This document shows positions 1 to 13,265 of a stretch of 64,000 bases of DNA, one piece after another; position 1 is the stretch's first letter, and every line of letters begins with the position of its first letter. The stretch is from assembly GCA_030704615.1 (NCBI GenBank), contig CM060734.1, forward strand, positions 48,794,001-48,858,000, written 5' to 3'. Under the pieces are notes generated by a model. That model was not told the DNA's origin, searched no databases, and was given only the letters and a program-made list of their open reading frames with translations. Source of the DNA: Takakia lepidozioides. Taxonomy: Eukaryota; Plantae; Bryophyta. Position numbers and translations under genes: made by a program.

Positions 1-409
1 CTCAGGTGATACTAACCAGCCCCTTCATTTCAGCTTTCCGCTATCATTCTTGTGATCTTATAATGACTTACTCATTTAAAGGGAGGGCGGGCTGCAACAT
101 TCGGCCGGGGACTTAGAGCTTTGAATATAATTGTTTTTTGTATGCTAACACTGGCGTCTTCTAGTGCATCTGAGAACTTTTAATTTGCTATAGCTGACCT
201 CTCCCTTTGTTTGGACCATCATTCCGCAAGTGTAGTGAGATTCCCTCGGTTTACATAGGACATTCGGATTTGTCCACTCTTCATGCCATGGTGGCTATGA
301 TGCATTTTGGACTTATTTGACTAGTGCTAGAATGCGTGATTTAAGTGGGTATAGTGCCTGCCTCCTTCGTTTTCTATCTTACGATAATAGTAGTGTCAAT
401 TTGCTATCT

Positions 410-1360
410 GAAATTGGGCTATGGTGCCTAAGACTGTGTTGTTTCATTTGAATCAGTGGTGCCAGTTTGCTCTGTAAAATTGGGCAATGGTGCCCGAAGT
501 GCTACCTTGAATTTTTCATGATAGCGAGTTTGCCACAATACATAAGCTAATTTCGCCCACTATTTCTGCCTCCATTTCCACATGTGTCACCTAGGTAATA
601 TTGCGAGACGTTGTTATGTTTTGTTTTGTTTTGTCATGTTGGGATGTCCCAGACCGCGGGGCCAGCCTTGGTGCTTGGTACCATTGGAAAGCCCTCGGTG
701 AGGAGGGGTGCATGGGCTTGGTCTTATGATTTTTTGGACCTGCGGTGTGGGAGATGTCGAATTTCAAGTACTTTTGGTCGCTGGAAATTCGCAAAAAATA
801 AGAAAGTGGGCTTTCCTGGCATAGAGAGAGAGTATGACACCTTTCGAAGGAAACGTAACTTATGGTGTCTCTTCACCCCGAAGGGCTACTGCCTTCCAGC
901 TGAAAGGTGGACACCTTCATGACACACCAGACCGTGTTTGAACCCACAACCAGATCCAACGTGGTATGTGCCCATTACCTAATGTTGGCACAATGATCGG
1001 AGCCTCGACGAGAGAGATATCAAGGAAAAGGTCTCCGGTTCAAATCAGGTCGTAGATTCCGTGGAAAAAAAATGATTAGACTTGGATGACTTAGATGACA
1101 TTGGACAGGCTACCTTGGAGGTCATACTTGGGCCTACACATAGGAGACGCACTTGAATGCATAGGAGATTGCACTTGGGCTTACGTGACCCTGGACACTT
1201 GTGCCAACGGCACAGGCTACCCTAGTATATAGAAGAAGTCGCCATATTGCACATTATATAGCATACCTGTAGCCAGGTGGTTTCTAGGTGGACATTGTAC
1301 TAGTCGCCATCTCTGCACTCAATCCAAAAATATGTCACCCTATCCACGCCTAGGCAGAAA
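410..1360 (+). repeat. Degenerate interspersed repeat related to 21720-22020
   Basis: Shared blocks ATGGTGCCYGAAGTGCTACCTTG (~488 and ~21731) and AGGTGGACATT...CTAGTCGCCAYCTSTGCACT (~1286 and ~21941). Family not identified. Confidence 0.5.
823..979 (-). mobile_element. Short retroposon (SINE or 5'-truncated LINE 3' end), family A, copy 1
   Basis: Reverse complement of the ~140 nt element at 19773-19910 and 57400-57562 (CATACCACGTTGGAT...GGTCTGGTGTGTCATGAAG...GGAAGGCAGTAGCC...GTCATA), ending in a (CT)n tail. Confidence 0.75.
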
Positions 1361-3641
1361 TGAAAAAAAAAAAGGCTCATCACAGATAGTGCACTAGTTT
1401 TCTATCCTCTCTCACCTGCCCCGCTCTCTGGATCTATCCTCAGACCTCTTGGGTCGTATCCTTAGGTTGCCTTGTCATTTTCACTCAGAGCGGCTGGACT
1501 CCCACCTAGGTGTCATGTCAATGCCCTGGGCAAGGTTCTTCGGCTTCGGGCTTCTAGGATGTTCGCATTCTAAGTGCTCATAATTCTTACGTCATCGTTC
1601 TTTGGACATCCGTCACGCGTCACCGTGAGTTTAGGCCTTATGACAGCCTTGGGCCAAAAAGGTTTTTAATTTTTTTTTCCCTTCAATAATCTTAAATGCA
1701 TGGAATTCATGCAAGCCCTGTCGTATAGTAATTATGAATAGGTAGTAAAAATCTGGAAGATCACATAATTAGACTATTAATACACATCAAGGTAACAGGA
1801 TTTGAGCCCTGAATCACCCAAGTGGCACGCACGGTAATATCCCATGGACTTTCATTTATTGCGTGCACAAGAAGTTGAATGGATGTCATTCATTAAAAGA
1901 CAGAATATTCTCTTGACAACTGTCTCGATCGAATTGGAAGTCTAATCGAAAGTATCGGTGCTAAAGCAGCTGAAACCTTTTGCGTAGTCCTTGCTTAGGA
2001 AGGCAGGGCCAATAAAGTTTCAAAGGGCTTCCTCCCCTTTCAATTAGAAAAGAAAAAAGAAAAAAGAAAGCTGAAAGGAACTGATATAATGAAGCTGAAC
2101 ATAATGGAAGTCATTGAGGTAAAATTGAGGGAAAGTGAATATAATAGAGCTGTAGGATAAATCTGAAGGGAATTGAATGTAATAGAACTGAAGGGATAAA
2201 TCCGAAGGGAACTAAATGTAATGAAGTTATAATACTCTCGGAATGATTTGGTAACAATGGACTTGAGAGTCTAGAGTATACTGAAATGGCAAATGGCTAA
2301 TTATTGGGAAAGGTGTGCGCTTGATAGACAGGTATTAAGGGGGGAAGGTACATGAAGAGAAAACAAGCCATGGGTGGTCTCCCCTTAGGGAGGAGCCAAC
2401 AAAACAAAACAAACCACCAAATTTAATGTACTGATATTGATTGATCATCTGCAATGCCTTTGAATGGGGCACTTCTGCATCCATGACCACTCAGTTTCCG
2501 TAAGTTATCATATGCACAGTTACAGGCTTAGCCAATATTGATGTTGAGGGCAGGCGTGCGCAATCAGGTTGTGAGTGGTCATAGGCTGTTCTACACTACA
2601 TACCATTAGGGTCTGGTCTGTACTCTATACCCGCCTTAAACTTGGGTACGAGAGAGCCCGTGCCCGGTGCGGTCACTCGAGAAAGGGCCTAGAGGCTTGT
2701 GTTTTCAAGAGACAGTTGCGGTGTGAAGGTCTGGCACTGGACTGGAGTTCAGCTGCCACATGACGCCTGTTGAAGTGTATTTTTGATGCGCAATAGCAGT
2801 GCACCTCAGAGATATGCCCTCTTTCCGGGACAAGACATTGGACTCTGCACCATTGCCCCCATATTTTATGTGAATATGCGCAACTTCACTACGTTTAAGC
2901 GAAGCTTGCTCCTAAGCTTGCATCACTGGAACTAGCACATACATTGGCCACAACTAACCTTAGCTATAAGGAACAAAAGAGTGGCTCCTACGATTGACCA
3001 TGGTAGCTTAAAGTTTGAGAAAGGTTGAATAGTCAGGCCCATGCAACCTTACATCAATCAGGTTGATGGAGGAGAAGAGAAACCTCTCCAAACTTTGAAG
3101 ACAAAAAATGACTACATTCCTTTCTTGATAGTGCATCCACCTCTGAACTGCAATCTACGAGTGTGACCTTACCCCGATGATGTAAAAAAACATCACTTTA
3201 AAGAGAAATCGTACTTTGACCTTGAGATGTAGGCCCTAAGCAAGTGAGGCGATCCATTTCTAGGTTCAAGGTGTAAGGTACCCTCCATGTTTTCTCAAGT
3301 TATTGGGGGCACGCTAAGAAAACGTACCTAATCATGCTGATGCGCCGGCATGGGTTTTCCCTTTAATGTGGACTCCATGTGTTGGGCATTGAATTTGCAA
3401 TAATGAATTAAAAATTCAATCCCGAGAACAATCCAATATCACTATGGCACTCAAAAGTGAAGCAGTTAGCAGTAGGATGGGATGAGGACTGTGCCAGCTG
3501 CTGCTCGCACTGAAAAGGACTGAAATCGTAGAAGGATGGATTTCAAACACGGTTTAAGAATAAATCCCTCCAAAAATGGAGCCACGGTTCTCCAGCACTC
3601 CAGTGTGTTTGCCAATATTTGATGAGTAAGGGTGTCTGCCT

Positions 3642-6600
3642 TTAGTGCCGCTGCATTTCCCGAAACGTTGCAGCTGCTGATGGGGAGAGTCGTGAAAGAT
3701 AGCGAAAAACCTGCACACACCACTCAGCCCTTGTAAAAGTCTCTCAGAGTTATGTATTGTTATGGGAAAGTCAACAATTTCATCATCCCTTGGCAGGCTG
3801 GTTTCTTCAAAAGCAATGCAGCCATGAAGCAGCTAAGATTCAGTGCCTAGAAGGTCAGGATGGTCTTGTAAGGACAATGCAAAGTCTGACCAAACAATGC
3901 AATTTTTTAATCTTGTTTGAAAGTGAATTGCATCGAATGTAATACTTGTTGAAATGGTTCAAACTGCAACCGCACTGCCGATTTGGCAGAAATACCATAC
4001 CCATAGCTTGAAGCAGGCGTCGATTGTCACAGGCACAATTGCCACAAATATGTAGATGGAAGCCTGCTCGACCTGAAGTCCGTAATGATCCAGCACCATT
4101 TCTATCACTGTGTCCCAACCTGACTCGGAGTGATATCTGCAGCCATGTTCACAAACCACCATGTTCCATAACTTGCCACCATATCACTGAAGCTATCTGT
4201 TCTCACACAAAAAGGCTTTGACCATTAATTGTATGCAGCCTAATTTACTTTTTTTGCTCTTCTCCCCTTTGTATCCATAGTCGCTACTGTAAAAGTGAAT
4301 CCTCATGTTTTCACCCTCCCCATGTAGATTGAACAGCAGAATTTCACCTGAAAAAGCAAGTGTTCCTTGTCATGGAACATGGTCACTTCAATCTTCAAAA
4401 ACTTCAGCAACCTACCCGAGAAAAATGTCTGTGAGAAGAATAATAATGAATGCCTTGCCAGTGTCTGAAATGTTTGTGAAGAGACGATCGCCTGTCATCC
4501 TCATGATTGCTACCTACACATTACACCGCATTGCAGCCAGCAAAGTAAGGAGTAATAGCTCTGCCAGAAATTCAACCTCACATACAATCAATGCACAACC
4601 CCAGATATGGCAGATTCATGTCACTTGTAGGAAACTGCTCTGTGCTGACTTCCTGTTGGGTCATCCTTCATTATTAGGGCAGTTGTATGTGTGGTGTTAC
4701 AACATACAACAGGAGAAAATTTAGACTTTGCTGCACCTGCTTGGGATTAAAGAGCAGCAGCAGGAAGACCGTGAAACCAGCCACCAAGTCGGACCAGATA
4801 TTTGCAAATGCCTGTCTATTCTCTGCTCTCAACTCCTCTTGTAAATGACACCTGCATGAAGCCCGTGGCCAAACTCTTTTCATGCCTGCTAGAACTGAAT
4901 ACACGCATCTCTTTTAGAGCAAGACAATACAGATAAATAGATATGAATGCAGCTAATACTCGGACAGCACCAGTGTCCATACAAGGCTGCTGGAAAATGG
5001 ATCTCATAGATCTCGTTTGAGCAATTCTGATGGCTCAGATTTCAATGGAGATCGTGCAGCATACAGTCCTTGACTGACTGAATAGAAAACAAAATAACCT
5101 AGCTCATGCATGCAGCCAAAACTACACAATGTAAAGTACAGAGGACATACGCTTCAAGACGAATATGCTCAGAAAGCTCTTCATCAGAAAGAGGAGGGGC
5201 ACGACCAATTTCTGCCTCAAACCGGACTCGTTGGCGCTCCAACTTCAGGCTCTCTATCATCTTCAGTTTCTGTGACTCCCTTACATCCAGTACCTGGGCC
5301 GCAAGTGGTACAAGCTCCACATACCTAGATACAAACACTAGAGTTGGCTCATATTGTACACCTGAGGTGCTTTATCTGTTTGTATCATGCAGCCTGTGGG
5401 AAGGGCTGAGAAGATATTGCCAAGTTGACTAGATGAGCTTTCAAGTCTTTATCTCAGAATGTTGCTTCTAAGCACCACCAGGTTGGCACGAGCTCATACA
5501 TGAGAGAAAATGTAACTCTGTCAGATAGTGCAAACCTATCTTTTGACACGGAGAGCAAAAATTTCACAAATACATCTTCATTGTACAAGAAACTATCAGG
5601 CATGTAAGCGAAGTTAAAATGATTTCCCAGGCATCTTTTTGGACAATATACACTGCAACATCATCCAGTCCCTCCTTGACAATTCAGGATTCTGACCGAC
5701 CACTTTGCCACATAATGTGCGGCTATAAAGCAACACATACATTACATAGCTGTCAAGTAACTCAAAAGGAAGGTTGCTCCTTACTTAACAGAAGAAAACA
5801 TCACTAGTTAATGTGCAAGTCTGGAAAAAAACAAGACTTCTAAAACCTTGATATGAAAGATGCACAGCAGGCTGACCTTCCCAGAAAAGGAACCACCGCA
5901 AAGTCGTGCACAACAAAATCCACAAGGCAAGGGATCAAAATTAGGCACGCCACAAATCTGGCCTGCGAGCAGCAAAAGCAAGAAATCAATTTAAAGGACA
6001 ACAGCTACGATGTGGATAAGTGGTCTCCAGAACATTTCTCAGCCTTAAATTAAGTCTTGATTGATTTCAAGTATAGAACTTCCCAGCCTAACTTGAATCT
6101 CTATGTCGTGATAGAGTAATAGAGCTCTTATCACATAAAGAATTTGATTGATCACCTTCAGCTGTTCCATGAATCACCTGTAGGTTTTAATGCTTCAATT
6201 ATGTCTTCAGGAGCACTTTGAGAAAGCATATGTCCTCATCCAAGCTCATGTTCAATTTCATGGGAGTATTGACTTCTTACAGCCACTATCACAATTGCTT
6301 TCCTACAAGATGCACGTAAGATGAAGAAGCAACCATGATGAGCTTCCAGAGAGATCAAGCGTCCACACATGGTGTTCTGAGAAAAGTGATGGCAATCTCT
6401 GAACTATGACGCCTAAATCTAAACACAACTTACATTCCTTAAAGCGTACCAGTTTCAGCTCCACAATATGGACTTACCCCTGGATTATTGTGTTTCCGTT
6501 GTATAATCCCACTGGTGGCAGAGTTCAATACTCCTCTGATGCCATACGTCACTTCCCACGTTTAGAGAGAGGTCTGCAATGTCTCATGACCCAAAGACTT

Positions 6601-8502
6601 TAACAACATGCACTCTTTGAGAATATCTAATCCTCAGTATTATGGTCTCTTTGCAGCTAGTTATCACTGCAAGTGCAGATAGATGGAGCTTTGCCTGTTA
6701 CCATTTCCTATCATGTTACAAGGAACAGAGACGAAGTCCTCCAATTCCCAAAAGCATGCACCATAAAGATCCATGCTTTTGCAAACCTTGGCACACTTCG
6801 ACACAGATAAGGATTTGCTGTTCAGCAGACAACTTCAGACTCCCATACAACTCAAATGGACTTGCAGTTTCAAGGTGGATTTCCGAAGAATTTAGGAGAT
6901 AGTTTACTGCATAGACGGGCACAAGGAAGAGATGAAGAAAACCAATCTGATGTGCACTGCTCCATATTGTCAGTTCTGGGAAGTAGTTGCTGTAACTGGC
7001 TAGTGTGCGTCTCTCATGAAACAGAATAGCTATAACAATCTGCTTACCCTACCGGAGGGAAACAATGTACTAGTCAATTTGGGTACCTTTGATGGGCACA
7101 ATCCCATCAGTGGACAGCCAGTCATACCGCTTGAAGGAAAGGTTGTCTGTGTGCACTTTGTGTATTGAAAAGAATGTACTCATGAGACATTGTTTGCCGT
7201 AGCCTTGTGGCCATAGACCCCGTGCCCAATTTGGATGGAAACATAGGGAATAGAGACTACCTCTGTGAGGGGCTCACTCTGGTAGTGTGACTTAACTTGG
7301 TAAAGACAATTAGTTTGGGCTTTCCAGCTATCCTGTAGAAAACTCTTCACACAAGCATCCATCTGCGGTGTGAGTAGCCCAAAAGCTAGACCCCAACAGG
7401 GGCCCAGGGCTTTAGTCTCACTCAAGATATCCAAAGTTGGTGAACAGAGGTGCAGGAACCACGTTCATTGAAAATTGAAAAGAGAGAGAGTGAATGTAGT
7501 CAGAGACCATAACCTGGTTCCTTAGGGTGCACACGTGCAGCTTCAGCCAGTCAGACCATGAGACAGTTTGCCATAGCCTTATGGCCATAGACCCCGTGAC
7601 CAGTTTGGGTGGAACAAGAGGGAACAGACATTACCTTTGTCAGGGGCTCACTCCAGTGGTGGGACTTACCTTGATATGAACAATTAGTTCAGGCTTTCAA
7701 TATATCCTCTAGAAAGCCCTTCACACAAGCATCACTCTGCTGTGTGTGAGCTGCCCAGCAATAGAACCCAACAGGGCTTTGGGCTCAGCCTCGAGACTTT
7801 CAAAGTTGGCGGGGAACAGGGGTGCGGGAACAATGTTCTTGATGGACTTGAAGCAGGTTATTCTCTGGTGAGAATATCCTGGACAATGTATCAGAAAATG
7901 GATATTGTCTTAAGGCTGCCCGCACATCGGGCAAATACAGTCTCCCTTTCCTCTCTGCATGTGTTTATTGTTCAAAGGTAGACTCCCTGCCCTGAGTTTA
8001 AATTTCAGTCTAGTGCTGATCCGAATCATCCTTAAGGTCCTCGCCCATGTCACAGACTGGAAACAAGTTCAGGGAAGTTTGATGCCTAACTTCGGAAAAG
8101 AGAAAGTACTCATAAGATGTTGTCTGCTGTAGCATTGTGGCCATAGACCCCGCACCCAGTTTGGGCGGAACAAAAGGATACTACCTTTGTGAGGGGCTCA
8201 CTCTGGTAGTGTGACTTACCTTGATAGAGACAATTAGTTCGGGCTTTCCAGATATCCTCTAGAAAGCCCTTCACACAAGTATCAACTTAATGTGTGTGAG
8301 CTGCCCACCCCAAGAGGGCCAGGGCTTGATGGTCCTGATGAAGACAATGTTTAAGAAAATGGATAAGCTGCCCGCACGTCGGGCATTTACAATCTCCTCT
8401 TCCTCTCTGCATCTGTTTATTGTTCAAAGGTAGGCCTCTGGCCCTGAGTCTAAATTTCAGTCTTGTCCGAGGGTAGGTAGGCCCTTGAGATAACTTTGGA
8501 AA

Positions 8503-8560
<58 letters not shown>

Positions 8561-9477
8561 CTCTCACTTACAGTAGACTGTGATGTGAAGCGAAAGACCC
8601 TTTCCTCAAAATTCAGGTCATCTTCCACCTCCTCCTCCCTCTCAAAGATGCGAAGAAGCAGCTCTTTCATGTTCCTTTTCATACCACGCTCTGGTATTTT
8701 TGGAGGATCCCTAGGGACTCCTCCTTTCTCCCACTTCTCCCACTCTGCCTGTGGGTAATTCCAGCCATTGTCTCTGCCACCTATATAGTCGTTGTAATCA
8801 CTAGAGCTATCATCTAGCCAATCCTCCCAATCTCTGCTATCTGGTTCCCGACCAGTTTCTTCAAATTCTCTCAGATCATTAATGACATCAGTCTTCCTCT
8901 TCCACGACGAAAACTGCGCGTCATCAGCCAGCATGCGGTCGACATCGTCCAAATCATCCCTATCTGCTGAATCTTCTACTTCCGCATCATCACGTATATC
9001 CCCAAAATCGCCTTCATTAGCACCCCTAACGAATTCATCTGCTGCTCCAGAGTCTTCACTTTGGGAGTTCCAGCTGTCAATTCGTTGAAACAGTAGTCCT
9101 TTCCACCAGCTACTTCTTGGCTTTGGATCAAATGCCTTAACTACAGTACTCTCTCGTGATGATCTCAAATATCTAGACATTGAGACGAATCCATGTGCCT
9201 GGTGAGCTACAGCACATTTTGGGGCGTTTCTTTGATACATGGGGAATTTCTTGGGACGAGCATCAAAAGCAGCCGGCCACCTCTGCAGCCGTATACGGAC
9301 CTCTGTCTTCGTGGATATAATTCCATTCGTCCGTAGGAAGGCAGGCAAGATTTTTCCTGCTGTAGCCTCACTCTGATCAGATTCATTTCCAGAGTGAAAA
9401 CAAATGCAGGAGAAAGAAGCAGCCCTGGAAGTCAACGGCGAGAGAGGCGGAGGTCCGCAGTGTAGCAACTCTCTCAT
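3642..9477 (-). CDS. DLDG1: Nuclear-encoded CemA/Ycf10-family chloroplast envelope protein (DLDG1-like), 7 exons, ~527 aa
   Basis: Exons 9477-8572, 5962-5877, 5324-5151, 4851-4737, 4513-4416, 4136-4001 and 3710-3642. All introns are GT-AG with consistent phases (1584 nt). Motifs [37 protein letters not shown] and C-terminal FREMQRH are typical of CemA/DLDG1. The N-terminus resembles a transit peptide. Confidence 0.92.
7174..7473 (-). mobile_element. 5'-truncated LINE remnant, family B (RTE/RTEX-like), copy 1
   Basis: Shares the 3' end with the other family-B copies. Flanked by a 10-bp direct repeat ATTGAAAAGA (7164-7173 and 7474-7483). Confidence 0.75.
7555..8085 (-). mobile_element. 5'-truncated LINE remnant, family B, copy 2
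   Basis: Minus-strand translation gives LNNKHMQRGKGDCICPMCGQP*DNIHFLIHCPGYSHQR, a C-terminal CCHC zinc knuckle of LINE ORF2, followed by the shared 3' UTR. Confidence 0.75.
8101..8490 (-). mobile_element. 5'-truncated LINE remnant, family B, copy 3
   Basis: Encodes the knuckle remnant KFRLRARGLPLNNKQMQRGRGDCKCPTCGQ..HFLKHC. Target-site duplication (TSD) TAACTTYGGAAAAG at 8087-8100 and 8491-8504 (13/14 identical). Confidence 0.8.
8506..8558. repeat. (GA)n microsatellite just inside intron 1 of the DLDG1-like gene
   Basis: Uninterrupted GA run seen directly. Confidence 0.95.
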
Positions 9478-12266
9478 TGTGCCGTGTCACCATGCTGTTC
9501 TATCCTGGCTTTGCACCATTCATACTTCACAATACATTCCCCTCGGCCCTGCTGTGCTGTGCCCTTGCCGCATCATATCATAGTTAGAATCTTTCTCTCT
9601 TCTTCCGATAATTCGTATAGAGTCTCAACCGCCAGCCAGAGGCGTCTCTGAGTCCCGAAAAGTCTCATAATGATGATATGTAACAGCAGTATCTGAATCT
9701 CTGCAAGCTCCATCCTCGTCTGACGTCATACATGGTGACGAACTGGATAGACAAATGCCTCACCATTTCACGCTACGTGGAAGGTGCTGGTACAACCAGA
9801 CAACACGTTTTTGACGTTAAAAACAATGCCATCCGCCTCCGTTTCAGTGTAGTCCGCAGATGCTTGTAACTTTGTAACCGTCAACTCCAACAATTCAAGT
9901 CGCATAACTCCAACTTCGCACCAGGTCGAGTATTCTTCTTTCAGGACGCAGGATTGCACATTGTTCCAAAAGACTGTATCTATCTAACTTAAGAACTGAA
10001 ATTTGATACTAAAAATCCTAAAGACTTCGATAGGTTTGCGTGCAAACTGCAAACAATTTCTGATGGCTCGTCTGGCAGGCAATCCACGCTGTCTTGTGTT
10101 CTAGCCTACCAGGTTGCCGTGTGAAAGCTCATCAGCGCTGATTAAGTAGTTGTAGATGATGAACCATGGATGCAAGTTACATCACAAGGATCATATGAAA
10201 GAGCATGAAGGCGAGCACTTCTGCGGGATTTTGCCTCTCATATTCAATGTCTTTTTACCCCCTGCCTATAGTCTTCCGTTAAGCCAGTAATGTGATAAAG
10301 TGATTAGGAAGAGTGACTACCTGCATAACTTAGTCTTTGTCGTGAGGTCTCTATAGAATGCGATGGAGATTGATATGACATGAAACCAGTGCGACCTTGC
10401 CAACAAGCAATCAAGAATATCAACCTTTTGCGCGTCTTCCAAAGACATCAACACTTCGATATCATATTCAATGCTGAACATACATGCTGAACTTACTTAC
10501 ATGTCCATTCACACTTACAGAGATACTAATAAGCTTGTGCACAGTGACAAGGTTGTCCACTGTTTTCTTTTACATTTTTCAAGCAGGACCACCTGTGAAC
10601 TTTACCCAGCGCAAGTTGTGGCGAAAATAACGAGGTGGCAGGTTTACAGTTTAGACAGGTGGCCATATGATAGGTGGAACTCTTTAACAGGTCCACAATG
10701 TGATATCCCACGACTTGCGCTTTCTGGCGAAACTTTCGGATTTTACCCCCAGATAATTCCTTCAATGTACAAGTGGCTGTTTTCATTTTCCAGGGCAAAA
10801 TCTGGCGACACCTAAGAAGAAAGAAGACAGAAGAAGAAGAAGAAGACAGAGGTTGCCCCTCCAGGCCAGGGCAGTAGCTAATATGGAGGGAAGGGAGGGG
10901 ACTGTTGTATCCATCACACTCCCCTCAAAGGCCTCCAAAAATCCTCGTAAGTTTTCACATTTGTCGGATTAAGCTGCAAAATCAGGAAAGGACCCCGCAT
11001 TTTAGCGCATCCTCCAGGTTTGCAAGAAAGAAAACTTTGCTGGCCTCATTCCACACACGACGAGGGTCGGAAGCGAGAGTCGTGCATCATGGCGGGCCCA
11101 CATCCGATGGTGCAAGTTCTTTGCTGGTAGGTTCTTTTGTCGCGCACATCGTCTTTGTTGTGGGAGTTGGCTTGGTAACCTATGTTCATGCCAGATTTGC
11201 ATTGCCCTCGCAGTAAAATTGATCGAATAAGTCGAGCATTGTTAGTCTAATAAGCATGCCTCTGCCTGATGAGTCCCACCAAACTATCAAGTTCTAAGTC
11301 AAGTGCGGGTTCAACTTAATCATGAAAAGGTTCAACGAACTGCCGTCACTATAGCGAAGCGAGATTCAAAAGATTGCATCAGGGATCTGACAGACAAGTG
11401 AGTCGGAGATGTTGGCAACTGTGGTTCAAGCTTGAGGGTGAGTCTCCTTTTGAGGCAAGGAGGGAGTAGGCAGTAATTGGATCACCCCCTTGGTAGGCGC
11501 GCGTTGTCTCAAAGATTAGAGGCCTCAGAAAAAGTGTGGGACCAAGACAGCAGGAGTGACTCTTTGGTGTTGCTTTAGCGCGTCAGCGTTGTCTTTCCAC
11601 CATTGCGCAGCGAACTCGTCACATTCCATGAACTCTGTAAGGCTTGTACCTGTCATTGTCACACTCCATCACTTCAACTTGAGCATAATTGTCATCTACG
11701 AGGCTCAATTGTCAGTTCCTCTTCTGTAATCATTGTGGCTTGGCATGTGGATTGGGGTGCTTTGATAGTTGGCATCCGTAATTTTTCCAATAATTTCTCA
11801 ATTACTTGTGTGCGGCTGAAGATTGCAATTGGGACCATGAATTTGAAGTTTCTAGTCTTTTAAATGGAGCTCTGAATGTTGGTGGTGTGCTTGCTTTAAA
11901 GATATTGGCACACTTCCATAATTGAGTAAAAAGAAGATAATGATCTGCACTGCAGATCAGAAATAGTTGTAACTTGAGATGGTGCTACATGTAATGAACA
12001 TAATGACTTCCGAACCGTTTCGTAAATGTTCTCTTTCTAGTTAGATTTCCACTGTTGCTTTGACCAGCCCACTAATGAGGCTGTTGTTCAAACTTGACTA
12101 TCTGGGGGTAAGGGAGGGGAAAGAAAGAAAGAAAGAAACTTCAAAACATCCTTGGTAAGCTCAAAAGGAGGATAGAAGAAGTGTGGCCCTAAACAAGCAG
12201 CCCAAAAACTATTCAACATCAAGAGATTCAAGAAAGAAAGAAAAGGAACTTTGTTACGCAAGAGAA

Positions 12267-12281
12267 TGTACTCATAAGACG
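12267..12281 (-). mobile_element. Ultra-short (15 nt) family-B retro-insertion with 16-bp TSD
   Basis: TGTACTCATAAGACG matches the family-B 3' terminus. It lies between TTGTTACGCAAGAGAA (12251-12266) and TTGTTACACAAAAGAA (12282-12297). The paralogous site near 33360 has a single copy. Confidence 0.75.
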
Positions 12282-13265
12282 TTGTTACACAAAAGAAAGA
12301 GAGACACAGATTAGCCCCACCAAGGATGAGGGCAGGTGTACACTACCGAAAAGCAGTCCACAATTGATGGATGTTTTGAAGACATTCATTACAGCTAGAT
12401 GAGAGTGTGAGGCATGGATCACTCTGCGCATGGGAGGATGTTTCAAGGGATATGACATTTTGGATGAAATCCTGGAGGCTTGATGAGCAGTTTTCCTGAA
12501 GCTAGTGTTAAAATATCAGAATATAGTGTTTAAGTGGGGATTGGGTGCTCCTATGACCTAAGATATGGAGCTTCAATTTTCATTGAACCTTCTTTCCTGT
12601 TCATTTGCGAAACAAGGATGAAGGGTAAAAGATTTGGCACATGAATTGTAATCCACATGGTGATGCCTTGTAGATTGTGTCATATGTTGCGGAGTGGAGA
12701 TGGCAAATGCTGTGAGGATGATAAAATTGATGAGGATGAGCCTGAGGGGTGGAAGGGTGGCCAATGCAGTACATGCATACGTGAGTAGAGCACCACTCAC
12801 TTGCCAAGGCCAAAATTCCTATCTTTGCAGCCTCTTTCACTGCCAAAGGGTTGGAAATGAGGGGTGTTATTCTGATTACGAGGGTGCTGTACAGGTTCCT
12901 GAGCTACATTCATACCTGTTGTTTCTCACTGCTATGTTTCTGCTTGGAAAGCTCCATAGTTGGTAGCTCGTGTGGAAGTGTACTCTTGAAGCCCACCCCT
13001 TTTGTGAGTTGGGAAAAATGGATGTCTGGGCTTTCAAGCATTGTATTGTAACAACTGGACGCTTATGGCTACTTGTGCTTGAACTATAACTAAGACTCCC
13101 CTTTTTAGGGCAAGCTTTCTGCATTTTTCTCTATGGACTTGTGAGAAGTCACCGTGATTTGCACTTCCTAGTCTGGTACCTTTTTTCACTTGAGGGCACA
13201 GTTTTTCTATTGCCAATGTTCAAACACACTCTGGGAACAAAATGCTCACGCTCAAACATTAACAC

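Noticed and set aside
2633-2642. U12 snRNA 5' motif GCCTTAAACT
   Set aside because: Similarity stops after 10 nt, with no TGAGTAAGGAAAA.
8287-8571. C-terminal part of the 396-aa ORF (SLSLSL.. and CPTCG) as a novel fusion protein
   Set aside because: It is read-through past the GTAAGT donor at 8571 into a microsatellite and a LINE remnant.
9480-11050. Bidirectional promoter between DLDG1-like and MCD
   Set aside because: The head-to-head layout is real, but no specific shared element can be supported from sequence alone.
11266-11277. Hammerhead ribozyme core (CTGATGAGTCCC)
   Set aside because: No stem II partner or GAAA box follows.
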